Below are positions 8,754 to 18,976 of a stretch of 64,000 bases of DNA, piece after piece. Position 1 is the stretch's first letter. Each line of letters begins with the position of its first letter. This stretch comes from an uncultured Bacteroidales bacterium (GTDB lineage: Bacteria > Bacteroidota > Bacteroidia > Bacteroidales > F082). A program made the position numbers and the translations under genes. The stretch is taken from positions 11,618 to 75,617 of the forward strand of contig CAMYYB010000004.1 in NCBI GenBank assembly GCA_947303335.1, read 5' to 3'. The notes beneath the pieces are model-generated. The model was not told the DNA's origin, made no database searches, and was given only the letters and a program-made list of their open reading frames with translations.

Positions 8754-9584
8754 ATGGAAGCCATTAAAATCAATTTGGACGATTACATCCTCAGTGGCGG
8801 AGGCTTCAACGGCGAGAGCTACGACCACAAAACCGACCCCAACGTGATGCTCAAACTCTATTTTCCAGGGAAGATACAGCAGCCTTTGGACGAGATGCTA
8901 ATGACCCGCAAGGTTTATAAGTTGGGCATCCCCACGCCTGAGCCTGGCGAGTACGTGGTGACGGAAGACGGGCGTTACGGCATCCTGTTCCGACGCATCA
9001 CCGGAAAGATTTCCTATTCACGCGCCTCGGGCGAGCATCCCGAAAAGGTGCCGCAATATGCTGAGGAGTTCGCTCAAATGTGCCTCCAGCTGAATGCTAC
9101 TCAGGTCGATACCACCCAATTTGAGCATGTGAAAGACCGATACTACCGCCTGTTGGAGGAAAACCCCTTCTTCACCACAGCTGAAAAGAACCGGCTTGGC
9201 AAATTCATCGCCGACGTACCCGATTGCAATACCGCCCTGCACGGCGACCTCCAGTTCTCCAATGCCATCTTCACCGGCAGCCAGCGTTATTTTATCGACT
9301 TGGGTGATTTCTGCTACGGCTATCCCCTCTTCGATGTCGGCATGATGTATCTCTGCTGCATCCTCGACGACGAGGCTTATATCCGCGAGTATTTCCACAT
9401 GGACAAGTCAACAGCGATGCATTTCTGGGAATGCTTTGCACATGCTTACTTTGGCAAGGACCGTTCCCTCAAGGACATAGAAGAGGAAATCAGACCTTTT
9501 GCAGGACTCAAGACGCTCATCGTCGAACGCGACACCCGTTGCCCGATGCCTCTGCTCCGAACTGCCTTGGAGGGGATTCTCTGA
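8754..9584 (+). CDS. Phosphotransferase enzyme family protein (APH/choline-kinase fold)
   Basis: LHGDLQFSNAIF is a Brenner-type HxDxxxxN motif and YFIDLGDF is the metal-binding D motif. Start moved to the ATG at 8754 (MEAIKINL), 21 nt after a TACCTTTG box. Confidence 0.65.
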   Translation: MEAIKINLDDYILSGGGFNGESYDHKTDPNVMLKLYFPGKIQQPLDEMLMTRKVYKLGIPTPEPGEYVVTEDGRYGILFRRITGKISYSRASGEHPEKVPQYAEEFAQMCLQLNATQVDTTQFEHVKDRYYRLLEENPFFTTAEKNRLGKFIADVPDCNTALHGDLQFSNAIFTGSQRYFIDLGDFCYGYPLFDVGMMYLCCILDDEAYIREYFHMDKSTAMHFWECFAHAYFGKDRSLKDIEEEIRPFAGLKTLIVERDTRCPMPLLRTALEGIL

Positions 9585-9696
9585 TATGGAAAACCCGAGC
9601 AAGGCAATAGAGCTTTGCTCGGGAAACTAACTCAAAAATTCATTCTCTAACAGTATGACAAAAATCTGACTGCAAAATTACGGCGGTCTTATAAAA

Positions 9697-9728
9697 CGCA
9701 AAATCCCCAATACTGGGGATTTTTTGCG
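9697..9728. terminator. Bidirectional rho-independent terminator between convergent genes
   Basis: cgcaaaATCCCCAatacTGGGGATtttttgcg, with A and T runs on both sides. Confidence 0.7.
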
Positions 9729-9749
9729 TCATAGTCATTAGTTATAGTA

Positions 9750-10967
9750 CTACCACTTCAGAATCTTACGGAAGTCGTACTCTTCAGGGTTGGGCAGATA
9801 GGCTTTTGCATCTTCGTAGTCGGCAGGCATGATGTACTGCAAGCCATCATTGAAGATAAGCTCAGCCTTCGGGCCGTTCAGGTTGACCAAGCGCGGCTTA
9901 ATCTTGCCGTTCTCGTCTTCCACATCCTTCAGGTAGAGCGGCACAATCTCGCCCTTCGGGTTAGCTGTCACCATAGCACCACTCACGCCCTGGTCGAAGA
10001 GCTTCTTCACACCGTAACCCAACAGCGAGCAGTAGGTCAGGTCGTAGCCGTTAGGCTCGACGCAACGGATACCGTAGCCAATCTCGACGGGACGGCTCTT
10101 CACGTTGATACCCAAAGCCTTCAGACGCTGCTGCAGCAGGAGATTGAAGATATGGGCCTTGCTGACGTTGCCCAATTCGGGGTGACCATGTTCGTCGTAG
10201 GTGAAAGCCACACCTGATTTCTCAATCTCATCATCGCTCATGAAGTGGAACACACCCTCGCTGATGATGACCACACCATAGTTGACACCCAAGAGCTTGC
10301 GCTTCACGATAGAGCTAATCACCAGCTTGATGATGGCATCGAAGGTAACCTCGGTCTTGTTGAACATCTCGGGAATGACCACCATAGGGCAATGGCAGGC
10401 AGAAGTCATACCGAAAGCCAAGTGACCGGCCTCACGACCCATAGCGGAAACCACAAACCAGTTGCCGCTGGTGCGGGCATCTTCGTAGATGGTCTGCACC
10501 AAATGCACAGCGGCATCCTTGGCGGAGTAGTAACCGAAGGTCGGGCTGCCCTCAGGCAACGGAAGGTCGTTGTCGATTGTCTTGGGCACGTGTATGTTCT
10601 GGATGTGAACGCCACAGGTAGCCAGAAACTTGGAGATGCGGTTGGCTGTAGAAGCGGTGTCGTCGCCACCGATGGTGACCAACAGCTTGATGTTGTTCTT
10701 CACAAAGAACTCGGTGTTGAACTCCTCGTTCTTGGGTTTGTAGCGGCTCATCTTCAGGGCCGAACCGCCTTGTTTCAGGATGGCATCGGCATAGAGGAAG
10801 TCCATCTCGACCACGTTAGGATTGGGCTTGAAGAGGTTCTTGTAGCCTTCGTTGAGACCGAGGACGCGATAACCGCTCTTGAGGAAAGTTTTGGCAACGG
10901 TGCTGATGACCGTGTTGATGCCAGGTGCCGGGCCGCCGCCGGCGAGGATTACGATACTATCTTTCAT
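9750..10967 (-). CDS. 6-phosphofructokinase, predicted pyrophosphate-dependent type
   Basis: Contains ILAGGGPAPGIN, TIGGDDT (Asp where ATP-PFKs have GGDGS), PKTIDNDL (Lys where ATP-PFKs have PGTIDND) and MGREAGHLA. Confidence 0.85.
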   Translation of the reverse strand: MKDSIVILAGGGPAPGINTVISTVAKTFLKSGYRVLGLNEGYKNLFKPNPNVVEMDFLYADAILKQGGSALKMSRYKPKNEEFNTEFFVKNNIKLLVTIGGDDTASTANRISKFLATCGVHIQNIHVPKTIDNDLPLPEGSPTFGYYSAKDAAVHLVQTIYEDARTSGNWFVVSAMGREAGHLAFGMTSACHCPMVVIPEMFNKTEVTFDAIIKLVISSIVKRKLLGVNYGVVIISEGVFHFMSDDEIEKSGVAFTYDEHGHPELGNVSKAHIFNLLLQQRLKALGINVKSRPVEIGYGIRCVEPNGYDLTYCSLLGYGVKKLFDQGVSGAMVTANPKGEIVPLYLKDVEDENGKIKPRLVNLNGPKAELIFNDGLQYIMPADYEDAKAYLPNPEEYDFRKILKW

Positions 10968-11069
10968 ATTTTGTTATTTAGAGATTTGTTGTTTTTTTCT
11001 CCCCGAAACTACGCTACGCTTGTATCGGGTTATGATAGATTCGCCCTTTCAGGGCTTTGCATCTGATTT

Positions 11070-11124
11070 AACTACGAATTTCACGAATTATTATGAATTC
11101 GTTTCATTCGTATAATTCGTAGTT
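11070..11124. repeat. 55-bp hairpin element with termini AACTACGAATT / AATTCGTAGTT
   Basis: Same architecture as 5290-5346, with CGAAT words. Intergenic, between pfk and GH92. Confidence 0.85.
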
Positions 11125-11140
11125 CCATTTCAATTCAATA

Positions 11141-14110
11141 TCACTCTATTACCAGCTCATCACAGAAAATCCACGCCTTTTGCCCGGCACCCACGTGCCA
11201 GTCGGGGCAGGTGCCCATGCTCTTGGCCACCATCTTCACATAGCGGGCGTTGGTACGCGGACGCACCTCCATCTCTTGGATGACATTATCCTCCTCATCA
11301 TCGATTTCGTTCTTCACCTTACCCACGCTGCGGAAGTTCTTGCCGTCGTTGCTGACGAAGAATTCCACCTGACGCGGCATCCAAATCCAAGAATAGGCTT
11401 CCTGCAGGAAGCTGCCTGCCAATCGGTTGATGCGTTTGGAAGTACCCAGATCGACAGTGGCAATGAGGTCGACACCATAATAGCCCTGCCAGGCTCCCGT
11501 GCGGAAATTGTTGGTGCCACGTATGTGGTCGATAAGAGCCTTGAGGCCGCCAGCGGAATATTGCTCGTTGTACATGTTTTCAACCTTCACACTGCGGCTG
11601 GCGTCAATCAGATAATACTGTGCGTCAATCACCTGGCTCCATGATGAGCCGTTCTTCGCAGCAGCACGCACCATAGTATTCTCTTTTATGATAAGGGGCT
11701 TTTCATAGCGTTGTCCGTTCTCCCTCGGGTCGCAGCTGTCCATAGTGTAGTAAATCTCCACGTCCTTGTAGGGGTGGTTCATCTTAATCTCGAGGCTATC
11801 AAAGAAGGTGTCTGAATTAGCATTGATAGTGGGGACGATGACGATGGGGTCACCATAGATGTGAACCTCGGGGCAGTTTTCAGGCTGGGTGGCCCATTCC
11901 GAGTCCGCCTTGTCAGTCATCGTGAATTCAAGCACACCACCGTTGTAGACTTCTTCAAAGGTGATAAAGCTACGCTTCAAAGACTGTCCGTTCAGATTCA
12001 CCGACTTCACGTAGCAGTTCTTCTCGTTCAGGTTCTTGGCGATGATTTCAAACTGTTTGCCGTTCTCGAAGGTCAGGCGAGTACGCTCGAAGCGAGGCAG
12101 ACCCAGCACGTAGTAGCCCGCAGCAGGCGTTGCGGGATAGAAGCCCATAGCTGAAAACACACCCCAGGCCGACATCTGTCCGCAGTCCTCGTTGCCGGCA
12201 TAGCCGTCGCGACGGTCTGTGTAGAAGTCGTCCATCACCTTCTTCACATAGTATTGTGTCTTGGCGGGTTTGCCCACGAAGTTGTACATATACGCGGTGT
12301 TGTGGCTCGGCTCGTTGCCGTGGGCATATTGTCCGATGAGACCCGTGATGTCAGGCTGCTGCCGACCTGTCAAATTGGAGGGCGCATTGAAAAGCCCGTC
12401 GAGTTTGGCTTCGTAGACAATCGGTCCACCCATCAGGTCAATGTGTCCGTTGACATCCTGTGGCACGAAGAAGCCGTACTGGTAGGAGTTAGCTTCCGTC
12501 AGCGTGAAGTTGACCTGAGCGGCATCGAAGGGTTGCATCCAGCCACCGTTGCGGCGACCTTGGAAGAACTGGTTCTTGGGGTTGTAGATGTTCTTGTAGC
12601 TTTGGGCGCGGGTGTAAAACTCCTTGGCGATGTCCAACTTGCCCATATCCTCAGCCATGCGGGCCACGCACCAGTCATCGTAGGCATATTCAAGGGTCTT
12701 GGAGACCGCTTCGCCTTCCGCCTCAATCGGGATATAGCCGTATTGCATATAGGCACCCATCCCTCGGAAGTCCATCCTGGATGAATTGACCATAGCCTCC
12801 AAAGCCTTCTCGGTATCGAAGTCGCGTATGCCTGCAAAGTAGGCATCAGCAATGACGGGGATAGCGTGATTGCCAATCATGCAGTAGGTCTCGTTGGCAG
12901 CCAGCTCCCAGATGGGCAACAAGTGGTGTGGGTTGGTCTCGTACTTATTAATAAAGGTGTTGATGAAATCGAGGGTGCGTTCGCGCTGCATCAGGCTGAA
13001 CAGCGGGTGCAGGCTGCGGAAGGTGTCCCACAGCGAAAAGACCGTATAGACAGGACGCTTGGACTTATAGACCTGCAAGTCGTGGGCGCGATAGCGTCCG
13101 TCGGCATCGCTGTAGAGGTTGGGCGCAATCATGCAGTGGTAGAGGGCTGAATAGAACACCGTCTTGTTCGATTCATTCGGGTCGCTTACCTCATAGCGTT
13201 TCAGCTCCTTGTTCCATTTGTCGTAGGCTTTTTGGCGCTGGACATCAAAATCGAAGTCATTTTCTGCCAATTCAGCTTTCAGGTTGTTCTTCGCACCTTC
13301 CACGTCGACAGCAGAAATAGCAACGCGCATAACAATTTGTTCGCCTTCTTCGGTATTGAAGTCAAAAGCAGCCTTCAGTTTGTTGCTTTCAAGGTATTCC
13401 TCTTCCACACGATTACCTTCATTAAATAAGGCGCAGCTCTTGAAAGGCTTCGAGAACTCGGCATAGAAATAGAGGTATTGCTCGTTGGCCCAGTCACGGG
13501 TCTTGCGGAAACCGCTGATGGCCGTCTTACTCTCCACCTTGAGGTTAGCCTCATACACAAACTCATCGTTCACGCCTTCCACCATATCAAGAAAGATATG
13601 GGCATTGTCACTCTGTGGGAAAGTGCAGCGCATCATACCCACACGGTCGCCCGTGGTGAGTTCCACCTTAGTATCATAATCGTCCAACAGCACTGCATAA
13701 TAGCCCGCCTTTGCATCTTCGTTCTCGTGATGGAAAGCCGAGCGGTAGCCCGTAGAGGTGGTATCTTCCGAGCCTTTGTCAAGCAACACTTCTCCTACGA
13801 TAGGCATAAACCTGAAATCACCATAATCGGAGCAGCCCGTGCCGCTGAGATGGGTTGTGCTGAAGCCGAGGATGGTGTTGTCAGAGGTATGGTAGCCCGA
13901 GCAGCCGTCCCAGTCGTTCATGCGGGTATCGGGACTGAACTGCATCATACCGAAGGGTACCGTAGCGCCCGGGAAGGTATGGCCGTGACCGCCTGTCCCG
14001 ATAAAGGGGTCAACGTATTGGGCCGCGTCAGTGACGTAATCGGCCTTGGGTTGTGTGTTACAAGCCGCAAGGGCCAACAGCATAATAAGAGGTAAGAACA
14101 ATCTTTTCAT
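11141..14110 (-). CDS. GH92 family alpha-mannosidase lipoprotein with C-terminal chitobiase-like and discoidin-like domains
   Basis: Lipobox LLALAACN. FIGTGGHGHTFPGATVPFGMMQFSPDT is the GH92 hallmark. The C-terminal IYYTMD...MVRAAA motif is CHB_HEX_C-like. Confidence 0.9.
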   Translation of the reverse strand: MKRLFLPLIMLLALAACNTQPKADYVTDAAQYVDPFIGTGGHGHTFPGATVPFGMMQFSPDTRMNDWDGCSGYHTSDNTILGFSTTHLSGTGCSDYGDFRFMPIVGEVLLDKGSEDTTSTGYRSAFHHENEDAKAGYYAVLLDDYDTKVELTTGDRVGMMRCTFPQSDNAHIFLDMVEGVNDEFVYEANLKVESKTAISGFRKTRDWANEQYLYFYAEFSKPFKSCALFNEGNRVEEEYLESNKLKAAFDFNTEEGEQIVMRVAISAVDVEGAKNNLKAELAENDFDFDVQRQKAYDKWNKELKRYEVSDPNESNKTVFYSALYHCMIAPNLYSDADGRYRAHDLQVYKSKRPVYTVFSLWDTFRSLHPLFSLMQRERTLDFINTFINKYETNPHHLLPIWELAANETYCMIGNHAIPVIADAYFAGIRDFDTEKALEAMVNSSRMDFRGMGAYMQYGYIPIEAEGEAVSKTLEYAYDDWCVARMAEDMGKLDIAKEFYTRAQSYKNIYNPKNQFFQGRRNGGWMQPFDAAQVNFTLTEANSYQYGFFVPQDVNGHIDLMGGPIVYEAKLDGLFNAPSNLTGRQQPDITGLIGQYAHGNEPSHNTAYMYNFVGKPAKTQYYVKKVMDDFYTDRRDGYAGNEDCGQMSAWGVFSAMGFYPATPAAGYYVLGLPRFERTRLTFENGKQFEIIAKNLNEKNCYVKSVNLNGQSLKRSFITFEEVYNGGVLEFTMTDKADSEWATQPENCPEVHIYGDPIVIVPTINANSDTFFDSLEIKMNHPYKDVEIYYTMDSCDPRENGQRYEKPLIIKENTMVRAAAKNGSSWSQVIDAQYYLIDASRSVKVENMYNEQYSAGGLKALIDHIRGTNNFRTGAWQGYYGVDLIATVDLGTSKRINRLAGSFLQEAYSWIWMPRQVEFFVSNDGKNFRSVGKVKNEIDDEEDNVIQEMEVRPRTNARYVKMVAKSMGTCPDWHVGAGQKAWIFCDELVIE

Positions 14111-14150
14111 TATAGTATCTGTTTAATTGTTGTTGTCTTCATTGTCAACT

Positions 14151-14465
14151 TCAGGAATAAGGCTCAGCTTGGGGTGAAGGAATGGATTGGATAATACGGA
14201 AAAGTTGCTCTGTATCAGCAATATCTGTCATTCTCATCTTGCCGTCTGCAGCACGAAACTTGAAACCGTGACAGTTTGTCACGGTTTGGTTTCCTTCCTC
14301 TTTTAGACGCTGTTTCAATTTACGCCAATATGCTGAGGCGTCCTTACTGTCAGTCAACACCGCAACCACATCCACAATAGAGAAATACCATTTCTCGGTG
14401 TCTGTGTCCCAAACCGTGCGGACTTTCTTCTCCTCAAATATCTGCAATGCCTGTTGTTGTGTCAT
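14151..14465 (-). CDS. Bro-N / DinD-like DNA-binding domain protein, probably a truncated remnant
   Basis: VRTVWDTDTEKWYFSIVDVVAVLTDSKDASAYWRKLKQRLKEEG...IIQSIPSPQAEPYS matches the N-terminal Bro-N/DinD-type module. The ORF stops where full-length relatives continue (..AEPFK.WL..). Confidence 0.5.
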   Translation of the reverse strand: MTQQQALQIFEEKKVRTVWDTDTEKWYFSIVDVVAVLTDSKDASAYWRKLKQRLKEEGNQTVTNCHGFKFRAADGKMRMTDIADTEQLFRIIQSIPSPQAEPYS

Positions 14466-14767
14466 AATGCTACCTTATTTATATCCCTCTGTTTTGAGGC
14501 GGTAAAATTAGAAATAATCCTTTTTTGTTTGACATCAAGTCGCTTTTTTCTGGTTGCATATACCTATTTTTTTACTATGATGCTGATTCCCAAACCTATT
14601 CCTGCTATTGTCATGCTGTTTGCTTCTGATTTCAGCACCAATTCAGCACGGATTCAGCAAGGGGGCAGCAAGGGGAAATGTCGGTTTTTCTTTGGCACGA
14701 CTTTTGTAAAACATACAATTTGTTCAAAAAAAAATGCCATAAATTGACTTCTATTCTAAAAAATAAC

Positions 14768-14775
14768 TATTTTTG
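14768..14775 (+). promoter_or_regulatory. -7 box TATTTTTG
   Basis: Upstream of the ATG at 14832. Confidence 0.5.
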
Positions 14776-14831
14776 CAGGCTGAAAATACAGTAGACATCA
14801 TAATAATTAACCAACTTAAAAACACACGAAA

Positions 14832-16820
14832 ATGAAAAAGGTACTTTTACTTTCATTAAGCCTTGCTTTAGGCTTCGGTGCTTTTGCACAAGACCGTGTT
14901 GCAAAGAGTGACATTCAGTCATTCAAAGTCAATTCAAAGAAGGTAGCTGTGGGTAATGAGACCATCAACCCTTCAGCAGCCAATTTTGCTCCCCAAACCG
15001 CCAAGAGCGTAGTCATCAACAGATGGCAAGACATGGAGTATGCCGAGTCGATGTACACCACTTATGACCTTCAGTCGAACAGCTGGTGCTCCAATCGTAT
15101 GTATCAACTGCCCGACGGCAATGTGGGTATTGTTGCCACTTTCTCACACGAACCCAACCAGTCGGCTTCTGACCGTGGTACCGGTTACAACTTCTACAAT
15201 GCCGCTGAACAAGCATGGGGTGAAGAACCAGAAGCGCGCGTCGAAAGCATGAGAACAGGTTGGCCTACCATCGCTCAATGGGGCGAACGCGGTGAAATCA
15301 TGATTTCTCACTCACCCTGCCGCTGCTGGACCAGAGAAATAGCTGGTGAAGGCGAATGGCAGTACATGGGCGAACTTCCCTATGCTCCGGAAGGCTATCC
15401 TTACCCGGGCGAGAACATCTCCTGGCCCAGAGTAACCACTTCTGGTGACAACCACAACATCATCCACGTGATTGGCGACATCCAACACAGCGTTAGCGAC
15501 AGTGAGGTTCACCACCACCAAGCTTATCTCCGTTCGGAAGATGCTGTGAACTGGACGATTTCCTACTCACCTCTGGCCCAAGACGGCGAAGAGGCTGACA
15601 ACTATTCAGCTGATGCCTATAACATCGCCTCCAACGGTCACACTGTGGCTATGATTTACTCCGATGACCTCCAGAGCCACGTTGTCATGTACAAATCCAC
15701 CGACGACGGTCTGACCTGGAACAGAACGGTCATCTGGGAGAACCCCTACTACGGCTGCGACTGGGTAACCGATGAATGCTCCGTCTTCACCGACACTCTG
15801 TATGGTCCCTCAAACGTGGCTATTGCCGTCGACAACAACGGTATCGCCCACGTGGTCATGAACACCTATGAGTACATCCACGACGAAATCGGTGACACCT
15901 ACACCACTTACAGTGGCAGAGCCGTTGACGGTATCTACTATTGGAACGACACTCAAGAAGCTCCTATCAAATCAGAAGACGGCAACCCGCACCACGCTCT
16001 GAGACTGTGGTGGCCTACCGGCGACGGTTATGTCCAAATGCATGCTGACTCCACCAAATGGGCAGGTTTCCTTCCCATGTTCGAGGATGAAAACGGTAAC
16101 ATGATTGAGTACGATAATGACAAGTTCTACAACGAAAAAGACTACTTCTACAAATTCCGTAGCGGTCAGTCCGGTATGCCTGCCCTGTCCATCGACCCCT
16201 ATGGCAACATCGCTTTGGCTTACTCATGCCCCAACACCAAACGTGGTGAAAACGAGTTGAACAAGTACTACAGAAGCATCTTTGTCAGCTATTACAATGC
16301 TGACGAGGGTTACTGGCACCAAGTGGTCGACGAACTCATCGACGATTTCATGTATCAGTATTCAGAGTTCATCTTCACCGTGTCGGTGAACAACACGGTC
16401 AACCCGGGTGAATTCTGGTTTGGCTTCCAGGAAGATATGACGCAAGGTTTGTACTGGGGCAGCAACGCCACCCAGTCTGACGCTACTGAGAACCACATCA
16501 TGGCTGTCAAGATTATTGCCGATCCCGAGTTTGTGAGCGTCCCCGAGAACCACGATGCCATCAACCCGATGACTGCCGTTCGCGTGTATCCTAACCCCGC
16601 CACTGACGTGCTCAACATTGAGGTGAATGCCTCTCAGAGCAGCGACATGAGCATCAACGTGTTCAACATCATGGGTCAGAAGGTTCAGGAGCAGAACGTC
16701 AACATCAATGCCGGCATCAACACGCGCAGCATCAACACGGCTGAGCTCGCCAGCGGCATCTACTTCGTGACCGTCAAGGCCAACGGCTTTGAGAACACTA
16801 TGAAGTTCATCGTCAAATAA
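14832..16820 (+). CDS. Secreted Asp-box (BNR) repeat protein with T9SS C-terminal sorting domain
   Basis: Signal peptide MKKVLLLSLSLALGFGAFAQ and Asp-box STDDGLTWN. CTD is VYPNPATDVLNIEV...NIMGQKV...GIYFVTVKANGFENTMKFIVK. Confidence 0.65.
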   Translation: MKKVLLLSLSLALGFGAFAQDRVAKSDIQSFKVNSKKVAVGNETINPSAANFAPQTAKSVVINRWQDMEYAESMYTTYDLQSNSWCSNRMYQLPDGNVGIVATFSHEPNQSASDRGTGYNFYNAAEQAWGEEPEARVESMRTGWPTIAQWGERGEIMISHSPCRCWTREIAGEGEWQYMGELPYAPEGYPYPGENISWPRVTTSGDNHNIIHVIGDIQHSVSDSEVHHHQAYLRSEDAVNWTISYSPLAQDGEEADNYSADAYNIASNGHTVAMIYSDDLQSHVVMYKSTDDGLTWNRTVIWENPYYGCDWVTDECSVFTDTLYGPSNVAIAVDNNGIAHVVMNTYEYIHDEIGDTYTTYSGRAVDGIYYWNDTQEAPIKSEDGNPHHALRLWWPTGDGYVQMHADSTKWAGFLPMFEDENGNMIEYDNDKFYNEKDYFYKFRSGQSGMPALSIDPYGNIALAYSCPNTKRGENELNKYYRSIFVSYYNADEGYWHQVVDELIDDFMYQYSEFIFTVSVNNTVNPGEFWFGFQEDMTQGLYWGSNATQSDATENHIMAVKIIADPEFVSVPENHDAINPMTAVRVYPNPATDVLNIEVNASQSSDMSINVFNIMGQKVQEQNVNINAGINTRSINTAELASGIYFVTVKANGFENTMKFIVK

Positions 16821-16860
16821 GGATCTTTTTTATAAAAGCCAATAGCAGTTCGCTGCGAAA

Positions 16861-16888
16861 AGGGGACCTTCGGGTCTCCTTTTTTTTG
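16861..16888 (+). terminator. Rho-independent terminator after 14832-16820
   Basis: AGGGGACC-ttcg-GGTCTCCT followed by TTTTTTTT. Confidence 0.75.
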
Positions 16889-16929
16889 TACTTTTTTTCC
16901 GAAAATGTCTCAATTTAACGAAAAAGTAC

Positions 16930-16937
16930 TATCTTTG
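16930..16937 (+). promoter_or_regulatory. -7 box TATCTTTG
   Basis: Upstream of the ATG at 17001. Confidence 0.5.
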
Positions 16938-17000
16938 CCCCAATTTCTCTTAAATTACAATCTCAAACAAACCACTAATTATTAACCAAACTCATTCAAA

Positions 17001-18926
17001 ATGAAAAAGTTATTTACTTTAGCACTAGTCTTGTTGGTGACCTTCGCTGGTTACTCGCAAGTGAAGAGTACAATGAACAGAGACGCTATGCGCAAAGTTG
17101 CCACCATGCAAAAGGCAAGCAGAATGGACAACATGAACGTGAACGCCAACGTTCAAAGCCAACCCAACATGAACCGTGTGGATTACAGAGATGGCGAATT
17201 GGATTACACCTATTACGACTGGCAATCGAACCAAGGTCCTCGTACCTGGACCATCAATTGGCCCGATGGCAAGGTGAGCTTCGGCTATACCTATGCCAGT
17301 GATGAAAACTACAGCGACCGTGGTACTGGCATCGGCACCTACGATCCTATCACTGACGAATGGTACAGCAGCGCAGGCCGAATCGAGGCTGAAAGAACTG
17401 GGTTTGGCTCCATCGCCCGCTACAAGGATAACGGCATCGTCATTGCTGCCCACACCAGCAACAACCTTGGTGTCTACATCGTTGAAGACAAGGACAACAT
17501 CGTGCCGAACAGCACCTCAGCTGCCCTTTACACCAACAACAGTTCCTATACGCACCCTGCCGTGATGACCTCCGGTGTCAACCGCGACATCATCCATGTC
17601 TTCTGCGGCAACTTCGATGATAGCACCCTTCCTGCCTTGTATTGGCGTTCGTCTGACGGCCAGACCTGGGACAAGACAGAAGTAATCCTTCCCTATATCG
17701 AAGAGTACGGTGCCGACTGGGGTACCAATGATTATTATTGGATGGAGACCACCGACGACAACTGCCTCGCCCTAGTCATCAACAGCGCTTGGAGCGACGG
17801 CATGGTGCTCTACAGCTACGACAATGGTGAGACCTGGGAAAGAAAGGTGTTCTACCATCATCCTGGTGTTCATAACACCTACACCACTGAACATGTTGCT
17901 TTCCTCTATCCTCGTTGGACATCATGCGTATGGGGTGTCAACGGCGAACTCTGCATGGCCTACGAATTCAATGGCACCAATGACCAAGCAGGTTCAGGCG
18001 GCTACTATGCTGGCATCGGTGGCGTAGCTTTCTGGAGTGAGACTATGCCTTATCGTGGCACCCAACCTCTCTACGGCGTTGACCCCAGCAACCCCTTGCC
18101 TCCCACTCCTGGCCAACCCTTCATCATGGACTCGGCCTACATCATGGAAGATATTTATATGAGCTGGCCGATTTGGCAAGAGCAAACCCACGACATGTTT
18201 GAGGAATACATCGGTTTCCTTCCTGCCTTGGATGACAACCAGCAACCTATTATAAACTTCGACGACATCACTGAGTTTAACATCGAAGACTTAACTGCAC
18301 ACGGTGCATACAACTGCGGTCCCGTGGCTATGCCGGTCCTTTGCAAACTTCCTGGAAGTGATTACGATATGGTGGCCGTTTGGAGTGCTATGGACGAGCA
18401 TAATCAAGATGGCGACAACTCAAACCATTACTTTAAGCTCTTTGCTTCCTATTCAGGCGATGGTGGCAGGAACTGGGAGGACCAAATCCAAATCACCACC
18501 GACTTCATGCACACTTACAGTGAATTTGTATACACTCAAGCCACTGTGATTGGCCAAACCCTTGTCCTTGCCGTACAGACTGACGGTGGATCTGGCACCT
18601 TCGTTATGGAGGACGATACCGATGGCTCTGACAACTACTATCAAGGAATGACCTTAGAACTGCGTGACCTCTTCCCGACAGCTAACGTCGGCTTGCCAGA
18701 AGTGGAGAGCAACAACCACATCAGCGTGTATCCTAACCCTGCTGTTGGTCAACTCAATGTGAACCTGAACAAGAACGCTGAAGTGACTGTCTACAACATC
18801 ATGGGTCAAACCGTGATGACCGTCGAAGGCCACGTTGGTGCCAACACCCTTGACATCAGCAACCTGAACAGCGGCATCTACTTCGTCAGCGCCGGTAACG
18901 ATACTCAGAAGTTCATTGTCAAATAA
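17001..18926 (+). CDS. Secreted Asp-box (BNR) repeat protein with T9SS C-terminal sorting domain (paralogue of 14832-16820)
   Basis: Signal peptide plus Asp-boxes SSDGQTWDK, SYDNGETWER and SGDGGRNWED. CTD is VYPNPAVGQLNVNL...NIMGQTV...GIYFVSAGNDTQKFIVK. Shares DRGTGxxxY and other N-terminal blocks with the upstream gene. Confidence 0.65.
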   Translation: MKKLFTLALVLLVTFAGYSQVKSTMNRDAMRKVATMQKASRMDNMNVNANVQSQPNMNRVDYRDGELDYTYYDWQSNQGPRTWTINWPDGKVSFGYTYASDENYSDRGTGIGTYDPITDEWYSSAGRIEAERTGFGSIARYKDNGIVIAAHTSNNLGVYIVEDKDNIVPNSTSAALYTNNSSYTHPAVMTSGVNRDIIHVFCGNFDDSTLPALYWRSSDGQTWDKTEVILPYIEEYGADWGTNDYYWMETTDDNCLALVINSAWSDGMVLYSYDNGETWERKVFYHHPGVHNTYTTEHVAFLYPRWTSCVWGVNGELCMAYEFNGTNDQAGSGGYYAGIGGVAFWSETMPYRGTQPLYGVDPSNPLPPTPGQPFIMDSAYIMEDIYMSWPIWQEQTHDMFEEYIGFLPALDDNQQPIINFDDITEFNIEDLTAHGAYNCGPVAMPVLCKLPGSDYDMVAVWSAMDEHNQDGDNSNHYFKLFASYSGDGGRNWEDQIQITTDFMHTYSEFVYTQATVIGQTLVLAVQTDGGSGTFVMEDDTDGSDNYYQGMTLELRDLFPTANVGLPEVESNNHISVYPNPAVGQLNVNLNKNAEVTVYNIMGQTVMTVEGHVGANTLDISNLNSGIYFVSAGNDTQKFIVK

Positions 18927-18943
18927 ATAGTACTACTTATCAC

Positions 18944-18976
18944 AAAAAAAGGAGGCTCAAATGCCTCCTTTTTTTT
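18944..18976. terminator. Bidirectional terminator overlapping the pdxA stop
   Basis: aaaaaaaGGAGGCtcaaatGCCTCCtttttttt. Confidence 0.7.
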
